This document shows positions 1 to 14,001 of a DNA stretch of 64,000 bases, one piece after another. The notes beneath the pieces were generated by a model. That model had not been told where the DNA came from. It made no database searches and was given only the letters and a program-made list of their open reading frames with translations. This stretch comes from Eledone cirrhosa (lineage: Eukaryota). Both the position numbers and the translations under genes were made by a program. The stretch spans positions 181,102,001 to 181,166,000 of the forward strand of contig OZ024741.1 of assembly GCA_964016885.1 (NCBI GenBank). The letters are read 5' to 3'. The first letter of the stretch is position 1. Each line of letters starts with the position of its first letter.

Positions 1-33
1 AAATAAATAAATAACTAAATATATATATATTAC

Positions 34-425
34 TTCAAAATATTAACAAAAATAGACATTCGTGTGATCAAGTATATTTTATTATACATATTTCAGAGGT
101 ACTGAGCTATCTTCAACAGTACGTCCTCATCAGATAAAATAAGATGATGCATGACATACCTTGACTAAGTAGATGGTTAAAATTCAGTCATGGCAGTCAT
201 ATATCATGCATCATCTTATTTTATCTGATGAGGACGTACTGTTGAAGATAGCTCAGTACCTCTGAAATATGTATAATAAAATATACTTGATCACACGAAT
301 GTCTATTTTTGTTAATATTTTGAATTAATGTTAATAACTCCGGAAAACCATTTTGTGGAGTGCTTCTAATCTATTGTAAAACTTTATTCTTTGATTTATT
401 CAATGAACCTTGTTTAACCTTTAAA
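34..425. mobile_element. Penelope-type pseudo-LTR fold-back (inverted arms ~34-153 / ~204-324)
   Basis: Near-perfect ~120-bp inverted repeat carrying an HHR on each strand, flanked by (TA)n. Confidence 0.75.
217..283 (+). ncRNA. Type I hammerhead ribozyme (antisense copy at 75-141)
   Basis: tattttat-CTGATGA-stem II (gtactg...cagtac)-GAAA-tatgta-TA-ataaaata; stem I 8 bp, minimal stem III. Confidence 0.8.
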
Positions 426-2706
426 TATATATATATACACACATATATTAATATAAATATACATATATATTGTATACATACACCTATTGTGTATGTCCAG
501 GTTGGACCAAATATAGCTTACTGATTACAAAGATCTATAACAGAGGTGTACCTACATTAACTCAACTGGGTAGTATTTCAAACCTTTAAAGTAACAATAT
601 AAAAGCATATGAAATTGCCTGTTCTACATTTATCATAGAATTTAATACCACTATATTTTCTTTTTTATTCACATTTCTTAATATTAATCTAATTACGGCC
701 TATTCTTTATATATGTGTATTTGTACGTATAAATGTGTGAATGTCTGTGTGTATACATGCAGCAAAGTTACTTAAAATGTTATTATATCGTGGTAAATAC
801 TAATTAAGCAATCATTGAAAAAATTTGAGGTGAGGATAATTTTGAAATCTATATCCAACAGGCATTTACTAAAATAATAGCAATAGGTTTTTGATATTAG
901 TTCATGTGGCTAGTTAAGAAATAGATATAACAACTTTGTTATGCAATACCAGCTCATAGTTAGGATCACAGGTAATCCATATATAACTTTGAGTGACTTC
1001 TGTCCATCATACAATGTGTGTGCAAAAGGAAGGAAGGGGAAGGTGAAAAAACTATAGCAAAACAGTGGCTGGCGTTCCATTTGCTACGCTATGTGTGAGT
1101 GTTTTTATATTTATATACTCATACATATAAATGTATGCATATGCACATTCACATATGCCCCATTGTGTTGAAAAATAATCCTAATATTGTAAAACAGAAC
1201 CCCTGCTACAGTTGTATAGTGGACAACATATTAGTTCATATCTAATGTGATTAATATTTATCAAATGATTTGCATCCTCTTTCATGTTGGAAATTATTCT
1301 AATATTTACTCTTTTACTATTATACTGGTTCAAGTCATCTGATCAAGGTAATGTCAAGGCACTGATTTGAAAGGTTCTTACTCAATTATATTAAGCCCAC
1401 TATCTACTTTTATGTGTGGTGCTTACACACATATACATGCAGATTTATACAATGGGCTTCCACAGTTTCTATTGACTAAATTTCACTCACAAGGCATAGG
1501 TCAATCAGAGGCTAAAGTAGAAGACACTTGCTGAAGTTGTCATGCAGTGGGTCTGAGCTTCTAACTAATCACACAGCCATGTCTCAATCTCCAATCATCA
1601 TCAGGTATCTTATTCTTGACTATATACATAATATCAGACTGGATTCTAACTAGGAAGATTTATATCCGAATTACTCATATGTACTAGGTTGCCACTGTCT
1701 GAGACTAGGCAGGTGAGGGGACCACATCTTGTTCATACATTGAATCTTTGACTAGGTTTCCATGATTGGGTACCTATCCTAACACCAACCATTTTACAGT
1801 GTGCATTTTATCATGACACCAACACCATGACTATATATATGTATTTGTAAATTGGAGCAAAGCAGGCAAATGGAAATATCCTTTTATTGTTGGCTGTCCA
1901 CTGGAGATTTCTACAATTTTGGTGCATTAATACTCACATTTTACAATGTCTATTCTTTTGACATATATATATATATATAATTGCCATAAGCCAACATAAG
2001 CTTGCCTTGATTGTCCACTTCTTTTCATTTCTGAGGGTAGTTTACCTAATTTTCTCAATTATTATCCACAGTATTTGACTGTTATTATGCTTATTTTCTG
2101 TGTTTGGGATGCTCACATTACAAATTTTCGAATTTCAAACACAAGCAGTTATAAGGCATCAACAGAAGGGGAGTCAAGAGTCTTGACTTGGATGTGGCCT
2201 GGATCTCCATAGATTGTAAGGTGTTAAGGGCTGAAACACTTGCATGAAAGAGCTAAGAAAGTTTAATAGTTTGAAAAATTATATTCCTGTAAATATCTCA
2301 GATATTTAAACATTTAATACAAATATATGTTACTACATATATGTGGCACCTCACAGCAATTATAGAAAGAAAAATAATGAAAAAAGTAGTCAGTTGTATT
2401 CCTTAGTCAGCAGGATCAGTTCTTTTTTTAAAGTATAGTACAGAAAATAGACAATGAACAATAAAACAGTGATTGAATAACATGATATATATGCTAACAA
2501 TATGTTATATCAAACTTTATCATCAATTTAGTATCTTTATGTCAATGCATGTGTGTGTTTGTGTACTTGTGTGTATATGTCTGGGTGTGTGAATGCATAT
2601 ATATATATATATATATGGATGTGTGTAGGTGAGCGTAAGTATGTGTGTGTGTGTATGTAGGTATGTGTATGTGTATAAGAATGTATGTGTATATGCTTAG
2701 TTTATT

Positions 2707-3306
2707 TTAACCTTTTTAACACTATAGCTGTTTTACTATATAGTGAAAAACACTAAAGAATAATTGTCAAAAAAACAATAGCAAAACAGTAAGACACATA
2801 TAACATCAAATAATTAACTAACTATCCCTCAGGGGTGTTATAAACCAGATTTTGTAAAACTTCCAACACATTGTAGCTAACAGAACTAGTTAAAATTTAA
2901 CTAAATATGTTAACTAGCTCATTTACATACATTACCCTATGTACTATACATACATTTTTGATGAGTTGTAGTGCACCTGAGCACTGTACACAATATTTTC
3001 ATCATTATTATTATTATTAAATGTACACCTGGCTGTGCAGTAGTGTTCCTTCCATCAGAATCACCCAAACTATCAAATCTGACCAATTCCTGACAGATAA
3101 TTATCAATATCATCATTTCTCATAATATTCATAGAAATCTATTTAAAAAAAAAAAAAGTGAAATATTGCAAAATTCTGAAAAGAACTTTTGTAAACAATG
3201 TCTTTTATTCAGAAGATCGCTCTATATTTAGGCTGATTTATCAGCCATGTGTCTTTGGTCACATTATCGACTTTAATATACTGGCCTCACAATACTAACA
3301 GGTTAA
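2707..3306. mobile_element. Second TTAA-flanked repeat family (longer, interrupted copy at 23722-25065)
   Basis: ~480-bp similarity between 2707-3210 and 23722-24215; TTAA ends. Confidence 0.55.
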
Positions 3307-3450
3307 CATTTAATATGATGTACAAAAGTAGGTTAAATCTTATAACATGGTAACATCTGGTTTACCAAAGCACAACTAATGTTTGCAAATGTTTTATTTA
3401 TGTGGCTGAATTTTAATTGAAAATATTAATTTGATCCATTTATTTAGTTA

Positions 3451-4354
3451 CTAGCAGTGGTACCCGGCGTTGCACGGGATAAGGTATTTTGGAACGGGGG
3501 CCGCCAACAGACCTAATCGTGGAAAAACTGCATGCCTGGACAAAATGTAAACAAAATAAACCGAATACTCTGATGGCTGGATAATCTTTAAGATTTTACT
3601 CGATGAAGCAGGAAAAATACAGGTTTTCACCTAATGTGGGCCTTAGGGGATCAAGAAAATGAATTTTTTTTTATGTGCATAATATGCCTTGAAATTTCGG
3701 GAAAATTGGCTAGACGTAACGTCTCAAAAAAGCCATAAAAAGCTGAAAAAATGAAGTTTTTCACCTAATGCGGGACCTAGGCCATAAAAAAGTTGGATTT
3801 TCTTTGCTCACGGTATGAGGAAGAGGCTGACTAATACATAGTTACAATTTCAAGGAAATCAGTTTGGCGTAACGCCTAAAAACCTGAAAAAACACAGTTT
3901 TTCACCTAATGCGAGCCCTAGGGGATCAAAAAGTTGAATTTTTTTATGTGCATAACACTCCTGAAACATAAGTAATACACATGTAAAGTTTTTAAAAAGT
4001 CGGTTGGGTATTTCTTGAGTTTTAGGGATTCAACTCACAGATTCACAGACACACACCCTCAGGGAAGTGACGTAATGCAGACATACAGACAGATATTATA
4101 AGGGCGCGACGTTATATGTATGTATCTATCTAAAAAGAGAAAGACTAAGAATTATAGAGAGAGATCGCTAAATCGCCTAATGCGGCCCCTAGGGCATTGA
4201 AAATTAAAAATTTTTTTTTTGCTCAAAACACTCCCTGAAACATAAGTATTACATGTGTAAAGTTTGAAAACAGTCAGTTAGGTGTTTCTCGAGTTTTAGG
4301 AATTCAAACTCACACACACACACAAACAGACATCCTCAGTTTTATATATATAGA
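3451..4354 (-). mobile_element. Non-autonomous Helitron
   Basis: Minus strand 5' TC...cccgtgcaacgccggg hairpin...CTAG 3', inserted in A|T; internal ~120-bp subrepeats (ttttcacctaatg). Confidence 0.78.
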
Positions 4355-7300
4355 TAATCGACCTTTTCAATACTATTAAGAGGAACGTGGGAAAAGGCGT
4401 GATATTTATATATTTCAAATTGATAATATCAAGATGTTTCCATAAACTAAAATTAAATGCAAGAACTAAGATTGAATTAAACAAAAACTAATAAATTATT
4501 TTGAATTTTAATAAAACTTGAATTTGTATTAATAAAAAAAAACAAAAAACAATAGGTATTTTTTTTTTATTTCAGTTTTTCAAAAATTCTTATTAAATTT
4601 TGAATTTTAATTTAAAACTGGAATATATTGTAAATCCTGCTTCTTCAAAATTTCAAATTAAAATTATATTTAGCTTTAAGGTCATCTTATTTTACAGGAA
4701 TCAGCTAATTGATGATAACCCTCACAGAAACAATTAATTCAATAAAATCTCATTTTGTAGTTTTTTTATGCTGTTATAGTTTAAAAAAAGAAGGTAACAT
4801 TGTGTTTTTAAGAAGAAATAGTAAATTAATATTATATAAACAAAATTTATAGAAAAAATTTATATTTGAAATAATAAAAAAAAACGTGGGATGAAACCCA
4901 CATGTTTATTTACAAATCACAACTGGAGTATCCCTATTAATAATTTTTGAGGTAAGAGTAAATTGATTAAAGTGAGAGAGTTATCGTTTTTCATGCTTGC
5001 ATTGGTTGGATGAAGCACAGACCTTATTTTAGTTTTATAGGCATTAAATGAGTGAAAGTACAAGACTTCCTCATGGACGGGATGTTAATCTGTTACAAGT
5101 TTAACTTAGCCAGATGCTGCTGGTACTTATTTTTAGGTGAATGAACTGGAACAACATGAAACAAAATGCCTAACTGAAGCATACGGCATCACTTGATCTG
5201 GGATTGAAATCCATTGTAACTACTAGGTTATATGACTTCATATTGATGTAAGTTATGTGAAAAATCTTAAAAATCATAGTTATCTGCAGTCATGGTACAT
5301 TATATATATATATATGAGAGAGAGATAGTGAGAGTGTATGCATGTGATTTACATAGTTAGCTAAGACTGCTATTAATAAACATTACTTAACTATACAGAA
5401 TATTCTTTGTTTTATTTTACAACTAAGTATTTTTGCAATGCAAGTACAAGTTGGATGGTTTTTTAATAGATGACCTTCCTACAACTGACAGTTCATCTAT
5501 GAAGTAAGAGTGGCACCTTTGTCCTACAAATGAAGCAGCAGTTGAACCTTTGACTGTATCAATCATTTCTAATGAAATACACTCAATTTCAATTAATTAA
5601 TGAAGAATTTTGAAGGATTTAGTAAAATTATTATTTTGATCCTAAGATAGTAACTTAACATATGGTTCTTATATAAAATTATGTTGGAAGGTATTAATTA
5701 AATATGAATGCTTTTAAATGGGTGGTTTTATTTAATAGAACCTGAGCTGGTTTTGGTTGAGTTGTCATTAAAAGTGTTAGAGAAGAATTTTGAGGGATTT
5801 ACTAAAATTATTAATAATTATTTAGCATTTAAACTGCCCATATCTGGCCAGGATTCTATCAACTCTTTCTGTTCAAACTGGCTGTAACTGGCCATTCATA
5901 CTGATTGTTCTCAAAATAGATAATATCAAAATCTCATAGATTCAATATTATGTGAGATATTTATGAAAGGTAAAGCCTTTACCGTCAAAATACAATAGTA
6001 TATATAGAGTAATGTAAATGGTAAAGGGTTAACATGTTTTTTTAAAAAATCATGTTGGAAGGAATTAATTTAAATAGGAACTCTTTAAAATGGCTGGTTT
6101 TGTTTCATAGAACCAAAGCCAGTTAGTATCAAAGAGTTTATGAAAAATTTTGAGGTATTTACTAAAATTATTATTCCTTTACTAAGATAGTAATATATGG
6201 TTTTTATAAAAAATTGTGTTCGAAGATTTTAATTAAACAGAGCCAGTAGGTATCAAAAGGGTTAATCAGGTAAATTAAAACAAGCAGATTGCTTAGAATG
6301 GCTGTAGTATGTTTTGGATTCATGGCTGTGTTCAGTAGTCTAGTAACTCAAACCCACAGTCACATAATCATCATCATCCACATCCTGCTCCTCCACCTAA
6401 TCAACTCCATTTTATGCCTGCTTTCCATGCTGGCATAGGTTGGACGGCAATAAATAATTTACAAAAATATTTTTCCTGTTTAAAGCTCAACTAAGTCTTT
6501 AGCTTTACCAACATGCTTTTTTTTTTTTGAAGTTAGTCATTGCAGCCCTTTTGGTAGAATTCATTGTTGGTTGATTGTCAAAATTTCTTTATACCTATGA
6601 TCTAGTTTTAGTGCAGAATCAGCAAAGCATGTTGTTTAACCCTTTTACCACCATATTTTTAATATTAATTAATTTTGAAAATAATCAAGAATTTTTATTG
6701 AATCTTTAAAAAATGATATTTAGAACTTATCTTACCAAAAATTATAATAAAATGCTAAATTTAAACATGAAAACTTTGAAAATGGACAGTTTTGTATTAT
6801 AGAATCAGGAGCTGTTACATCAGTTTAGTATTGGAAGATTTAAAAGCAAGAAAAGCAAAGATTAGCCAAGAGAACATGATTAGGAGTAATTTCATGATTA
6901 TCTACGAAATAAAAGTAGTGAATTAGCAGAGACAATAGAACAGCAGACTAAATATATTGTAGTATTTAGTGGTGTCTCTCAGTGTTCTGTGTTTTATGCT
7001 CATTCAGCTAACTTAACTACAAAAGACACCCTTATGATAGTGTAAGACATCCTTTTGTAGGAAAGAAGCAAGGACTCAGTTTTAGGTAACTACTGCAGGA
7101 AATGAATATATAACAGATGTATAGGACCTTTTAACAGACCAAATAGTAAATTCTTGAGAATAGAGGGAGCAGTTTTTGTGAAGGGATATGTGAAATGGTT
7201 GACTTGTAATGAAACGTAAGTTATTTCCCTTAGTTTACTTATTGTAATATACTGAGAGGTCTCTTGTTGTTTGCAGCAATGAGTGCTCGAGTTGATTTAA

Positions 7301-9271
7301 TCAACAGAACTTCTTGCTCGTGAAATTAATGTATAAGTGGCTGCGCATTCTGTAGTGGTTGACCATTAACATAGTATTCAGGGAGAGTCAGCGTGACACG
7401 ATGTGTGAAAAGGCTGTCCCCTTGAATTAAATAAGGGTACAACTTATTTTTACCACCTGGGTGGACTGAAGCAATGTGGAATAAAGTGTCTTGCACAAAG
7501 ACAAAACACACCACCCGGTTCGGGAATCAAACTCACATAACCACGAAGTCACAGGCTACTACTGAAACATTTATTTTATCCTGTGTAGTAAGGAATCTCT
7601 ATTTTTCAGAGACTCCGAGACTGTTGAAAAGGAAGTTGTTTTCAAACCAGAGATCTGGTGTAAATGCTTGCAACAAAGTGAACTCCACTAAAGGCACACA
7701 CCAAAGACGAGATAGTGATGTTAAACCAGGAGATAGATTAAGTCTATCACCCAGGAATAGGAACATTGTTTCTGATAGGCTTCCACACAGTTTCACCCAA
7801 GAACTCAGCACACAAAACATCAGAACATATACCACAATGCATTTAATCTGATGCTCTACCAATTCTCCTAATCTGCTGTCTTCGACTGGTTCTTTATTTT
7901 ATTGATCTCTTAAGGATGAAAGGCAAAACTGACCATAGCAGTAAGCCAGAACAAATAACACAATGTATCTACTCTGAGGTTCTAATATTTCTGCCAGGGG
8001 CAAATGAATTAATATGTTCAAAGTACTAGGTAGTTAGAGATAATTAAGGAAATTGTATGTTTTTTTTTCTGACAACAAAGAGATTCTTTCTCCACACCAT
8101 ATATATCACATAAAATGTGATATAGGGAAACAAAATGTAGTCAGATCTGATATAAGAAAGTGATAATAACATATAAAGAGAGGTTGTTTGAAGAGTTTTT
8201 GCAATCCATTAACATGAATAATGATGACAAGAGCCCAAACAATCTGGTCATTATAAAATTAAAAGTAAAAGCGCCGATAATTAGATCAGACCAAGGAAAC
8301 TAAGTTTCAATTGCTCTTTCCGTTGCTGATACTATCTGCCTGTCACAACTCCTGGCAGAAGCATCACTACTTTTCTGGTGACAGGAGGCAGGATTTGAAC
8401 TCAGAATGCATACAGCTGGAACAGATACTATAAGGCATCTTGTCCAATGCATTAATTATTTTGCCAATCCTCCACCAACATTATTAATTGATCCCAAAAG
8501 GATAAAAGGCAAAGTTGACCGTGACAGGATTTGAACTCAGAGCACAGAGAGTTGGAACAAATACTGAGGCACTAACAACTTTGTCAATTCACTGTCTGTC
8601 ATTAAAAAGCAGGTAAAAGAGAAAGATTGTGAAAATAGTTATTAAAAAGTCAATAATTTTCTAATATTGTTATTATATTTTGTCCTCTACTTAAGATTTT
8701 ACATAAAGTTATTCATTAGATTTAAAAGGATTTTCTTTTGATTAGGATTTTAAAATGTTCACACTAGAAATTTAGAATTGTATAAATATTTTATAAAAAT
8801 GGAACTCTTATTTGTTGAAATATTATCATAAGATAAGAAGAGTGTTTCAGTGTTAAAATACCAATATTGATTTAGAAAACCTTGAGGATTATTTTCTGCA
8901 GGTAAGCATATGAATAAATATGAATTTGTGTATATTTCTATATATATACCTCTGATCATATGTTTATCTAATAAAAGAGATAGATAAAGAAATAGATGTA
9001 TGTATGTATGTACATATGTATGTGTGTATGTGTCTGGGTGTTTGTGTGAATGAATGTATGTATATGTTTTAATTAATATAGCTTATTAATGATGACAGTA
9101 TTTGTATATCATGATCATTACAACAGATTTTAACAGCTTCACTTATCTCTCTTACTATTTCAAATTAACTGAGATGAATCTAGCTATAAATCTTGTCATC
9201 TTCATACATTCTTCTCTCATGTTTAGCCACTGTAAACAGTGTTAAAACATTTCTGTGATATTTTCACTTTC

Positions 9272-9448
9272 TTAAGGTTCATTATCACTATTCAGCTTCT
9301 GAATGTCACGTTTTATAAAATTCAAATAGAAGTAGGGGGTCGCTTTGCTCTCGTTTTCTGCTTGAATCAACTTACAAAGGCTCTTTATCTGAATATTGTC
9401 TGAAGGTGTGTACCACTGCACTTGGCGATAGTCCTTCTCAAGTGCAAT
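9272..9448 (-). CDS. SAT1: SSAT-like terminal coding exon 5
   Basis: Pyrimidine tract and acceptor tttatag|ATT; 58 codons plus TAA; length and spacing match the SSAT C-terminal exon. Confidence 0.85.
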   Translation of the reverse strand: MALEKDYRQVQWYTPSDNIQIKSLCKLIQAENESKATPYFYLNFIKRDIQKLNSDNEP

Positions 9449-9686
9449 CTATAAACAGAAGACAAAACAGAAACAGTAGAGTATTAGCTATATGCAACAT
9501 TATCAGAGTGAAAAGGATGGAATAGATAAATAGAGAAAGGTAGATATATAAGAATGTGTATGTGTGCACATGTGTGTAGATATATATATGTATGTTATTC
9601 ACAAACATTGTTTTTTGGCAGTTTGCTGAGATACAGGATGAAACTAAATATTACTTGTTCCTTTCATGTACTAATATATATATGTA

Positions 9687-9745
<59 letters not shown>

Positions 9746-9933
9746 TCTCAGTTTTACAATTGCCACCGATGAATGCAAGAAAGTTGTCCAGGAAAGTTTA
9801 AACCAGGAATCTTTAAAAATCTCCCCACCGTACTTACTAGATCTACAAAACCAAATTGTAAAATCATAATATCATAAAATTAAATTAAATTGTTTAGAAA
9901 CTACAAGTGAAGTCATTCATTTCCCTTTTTATA

Positions 9934-9999
<66 letters not shown>

Positions 10000-10599
10000 A
10001 AGAAAGAGTGGAATTGGAAAGAGCACAAAAAATATATTTAAGGATCTGGTTTTCTTTTTTTCTTCTTTGATTCGTCAAAGTGATATTAATGAAAAAATGA
10101 GAGGAACAATTTAAAAAAAAATGGAGTTTTACAATGTATATGAAATATATAAAATATAAACGGTTTTGATGTATCAGAGTAATCCATCTTATCAAATGTT
10201 GAATATTACAATTAAAAATTAAAAATTTAAGATTAAGTGTTGAAGAAGGTCTGTTCATCTTTCTTGTTGAGAAGAAGACTGGGTCTAAAATGGAACCTTA
10301 TATATAGAGAGAGAGGTAATCATAGTAGTAGTAGTAGTGGTGGTAGTTGTGTCTTTTCACAGAACAAAATTATTTTTAGGGAGAGGAAATTTTACTGTAT
10401 ATATGTGTGTGTATCTCAATTGTGTTAAAGGACTGGTCAAGAGTTCAGATAGGGTGGCAAAGGGGGGAAATGTAAGCTAGAGACATAAACCAAAATTAAA
10501 TATGTAATCATCCCCATTAGATTATTCATAAGGACCAATTAACTAAGCACATACACATATACAGACAGATCGATACATTTGCACACATACACAGATATA

Positions 10600-10635
<36 letters not shown>

Positions 10636-12410
10636 GAATTCACAAGAATCAAAGCTATGTTCAAAGCATTTATTCACTTACAATTGTTTCATCCAAACCT
10701 AGGCTTGGAGTGTTTGGAGCATTTTTCAATGTTTGTACATATAATTGACTTCCTATCCAACGCAGGAGACATACAGATACATATATATATATATTGATGT
10801 ACAGTGGAGTGACATATATTATACTATACTATATTTGTACAGCAATTCAAATTCAAAATCAAAATCAAAATTAAAATACATTTGGTAGATAACACAGATA
10901 ATGTAAGAGGATAGTTTGATAGTCAGATCTAGTAGATAGTGTATGCGTTAGTTACACATGGAGCATGCAAGTGTCTAACTTATATGTAGGGTGGTGCAAT
11001 GAATTATATATGCATGTATAACTTGATGGATAGATTAATGACATTGTAAATGAGGGATGTATTTGTCTACCCAAGAGATGTATTTGATTTTGTCATGCAA
11101 ACAGCCATACGCTGCTCCATAACTTACCAGGGGTTATGTAGACAAAATTCTAATAGGACCTCTGATATGTTTTGAGAGTAGACTGTATTTACAGTGAACT
11201 TTGATATAAAGATATGGCACTTTGTATGGGAAATTCAATTATAGCGCTATATAATAAAGAGTAATCAACTTCCTATAGATACCTTTAATACATTATGATA
11301 GAGTAGACTGTATTTAAAATTGAAAATTAGATATATATATATAACCTTTTATATAAGGGACTCAATTGAGGCACCATATAATTGTTTCTACTTTAGGCAC
11401 AAGGCCAGCAATTACCCAGTGCATTACTGGTACTTTATTTTATCGACCCCGTAAGGATGAAAGGCAAAGTCAACCTCGGCGGGATTTGAACTCAGATCGT
11501 AAAGGGACGTAACTATGCTGGAAAGCATGGCGTCCGACCCTCCATATAATGTATGTTAGAACAATGAATTTAGTTATGAGAATCAGCTAGTTACCTCCCC
11601 TTACGCATTAACTCCCCTTAATTACACACCTACTTCCCTGTAAATTCTCGCAGCAGAAAGAACCTATTCTATAAATATGGATTAAATAACACTGAACCTC
11701 AATACGCCACAATAATTTAATGCATCAAACATTCAATACGGAATCATCGTAACTTATGTGATGGATGTAAAAACTATTTCTTCCTTTTTCTGAATGTGAA
11801 AATGGTGGTGGATGCGAAAACTATAACTTTCTTTTTCTGCACTCATACTTTTTTGATCTATACAAAAAATACCCTACCACTACAACCACCATAATACTCT
11901 TGCTTACCCGCTTAAAGTGCTTGCATTACATGTAACACCTTGCCACACAATAATCGTATATAAATGAGACACACTTGCATGCTCCATGTGTAACTAACGC
12001 ATACACTATCTACTAGATCTGACTATCAAACTATCCTCTTGCATTATCTGCCGAATGTATTTTAATTTTGATTTTGATTTTGAATTGCTGTACAAATATA
12101 GTATAGTATAATATATGTCACTCCACTGTACATCAATATATATATATGTATCTGTATGTCTCCTGCGTTGGATAGGAAGTCAATTATATGTACAAACATT
12201 GAAAAATGCTCCAAACACTCCAAGCCTAGGTTTGGATGAAACAATTGTAAGTGAATAAATGCTTTGATTCTTGTGAATTCTATATAACTGCTCTGTAGAA
12301 CAACTGATGTTATTACATTGAGCTATTTATCTTACTGGTAATAAGGTAGTAATAAATTACTGACCTTCCCTGTTTATAGTTTAAAATATACATAACTATA
12401 AATAGCATCC

Positions 12411-12464
<54 letters not shown>

Positions 12465-12666
12465 ACACACATATACACTCTCTTGTTCTCTCTCTCTTTC
12501 TCACACACACAACGAAATAAAAAAGAAATTATTCATACACATATTTTCCAAAAATAACCCCTCTCCAAATTCCTGATTGAAAAGCATCACTAATACTATA
12601 CTCTGTTTTTTTTTAATTACCCACCCGAAAAAGACCTGTGACAAACAAACAAACTAAAACACACAC

Positions 12667-12728
<62 letters not shown>

Positions 12729-13965
12729 ATATATTAACAAATGGAAACTATATTTATAAAACCATATTTATTTCATTATACATATTTCAAGGGCCACCAG
12801 AGCAAACTATGGTGCGCTTTCATCAGATAAAATATAATATAGGTTAGTTTTATAAATAAATATTGACATACCCTTAAAAAATGCAACCATTCTGGTTGGA
12901 ATCTCCTGGATAGAATCTACTATCCAGGAGATTCCAACCAGAATGGTTGCATTTTTTAAGGGTATGTCAATATTTATTTATAAAACTAACCTATATTATA
13001 TTTTATCTGATGAAAGTGCACCATAGTTTGTTCTGGTGGCCCTTGAAATATGTATAATGAAATAAATATGGTTTTATAAATAGTTTCCATTTGTTAATAT
13101 ATTGTATATTTACTCCAATAATTTGTTGAGTGCTTTCATCATCATCATCATCATTTTACGTCCGCTTTTCCCTGCTTGCAAGGGTGGGACGGGAACTGAT
13201 TCTGGCTAGATTTCTACAGCTGGATGCCCTTCCTAACACCAACCTCATTTACAGTGAGTACTGGGTGCTTTTATCTCGTGGCACCTCCACGACCACTTTA
13301 CAGTGGAATGATAGGGACCCCAGTCCCTATCATCTCATTTCTACAGCTGAGTAAACTGGAGCAATGTGAAATAAAGTGTCTTGCTCAAGGAAACAACACA
13401 TCACCCAGTCTGAGAATTGAACTCACAACCTTTTGATTGCAAGGCCAATGCTCTAACCACTAAGCCATGTGCCTCTTATATCAGTTATAAAAATATTTTG
13501 GTTGTTGTATCCCAACACATTAAATATAACTTCTACATATATATATACTGCTGGAATTTCAAATTTGGCGGTCATTCGAGGTGAGAGAGAGCTACTTTAC
13601 GGACATGATTTTTGACAGCGGTAAGAAATTGTTTTCTTATATCAATGTATAATGGGCTTCCACTGACGATTTATAAGTGCCCACCTAAATATATTCTTAC
13701 ATGAATATATATTAGGCTTCTACATAAACTGGAAACATTCTCCCAAACTTGTAGAAAACTTATAATGAAACAATTGTTTGGAAAGAGAGATATACTTTAA
13801 CTTTAATTATATCTCATAAAATAATACAACTGGTTTTTCCACATTATACATTTTGTTAGCACCCCAAACACTTAAATTGGGTTTATATTTTAATATAACC
13901 TAATGTTTGTTGAGTGAGATGGTTACCAGTCAGAGTTTAGCTTTAAACTATCTCTGTTATTGTAT

Positions 13966-14001
<36 letters not shown>

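Larger units (their letters stand above)
12725..13545. mobile_element. Penelope-type pseudo-LTR fold-back (palindrome ~12725-13105), interrupted by a SINE at 13136-13476
   Basis: ~185-bp arms with a few-nt loop; same family as the pLTRs at 58975-59340 and 62000-62252. Confidence 0.8.

Noticed and set aside
3620-3960. Regularly spaced ~25-bp repeats resembling a CRISPR array
   Set aside because: Spacers are ~100 bp and mutually similar; these are Helitron subrepeats in eukaryotic DNA.
12195-12260. TTGAAAA...GAAAcaattgTA hammerhead-like motif (and its mirror at ~10670-10735)
   Set aside because: Stems II and III look plausible but stem I does not pair; at best a relic.
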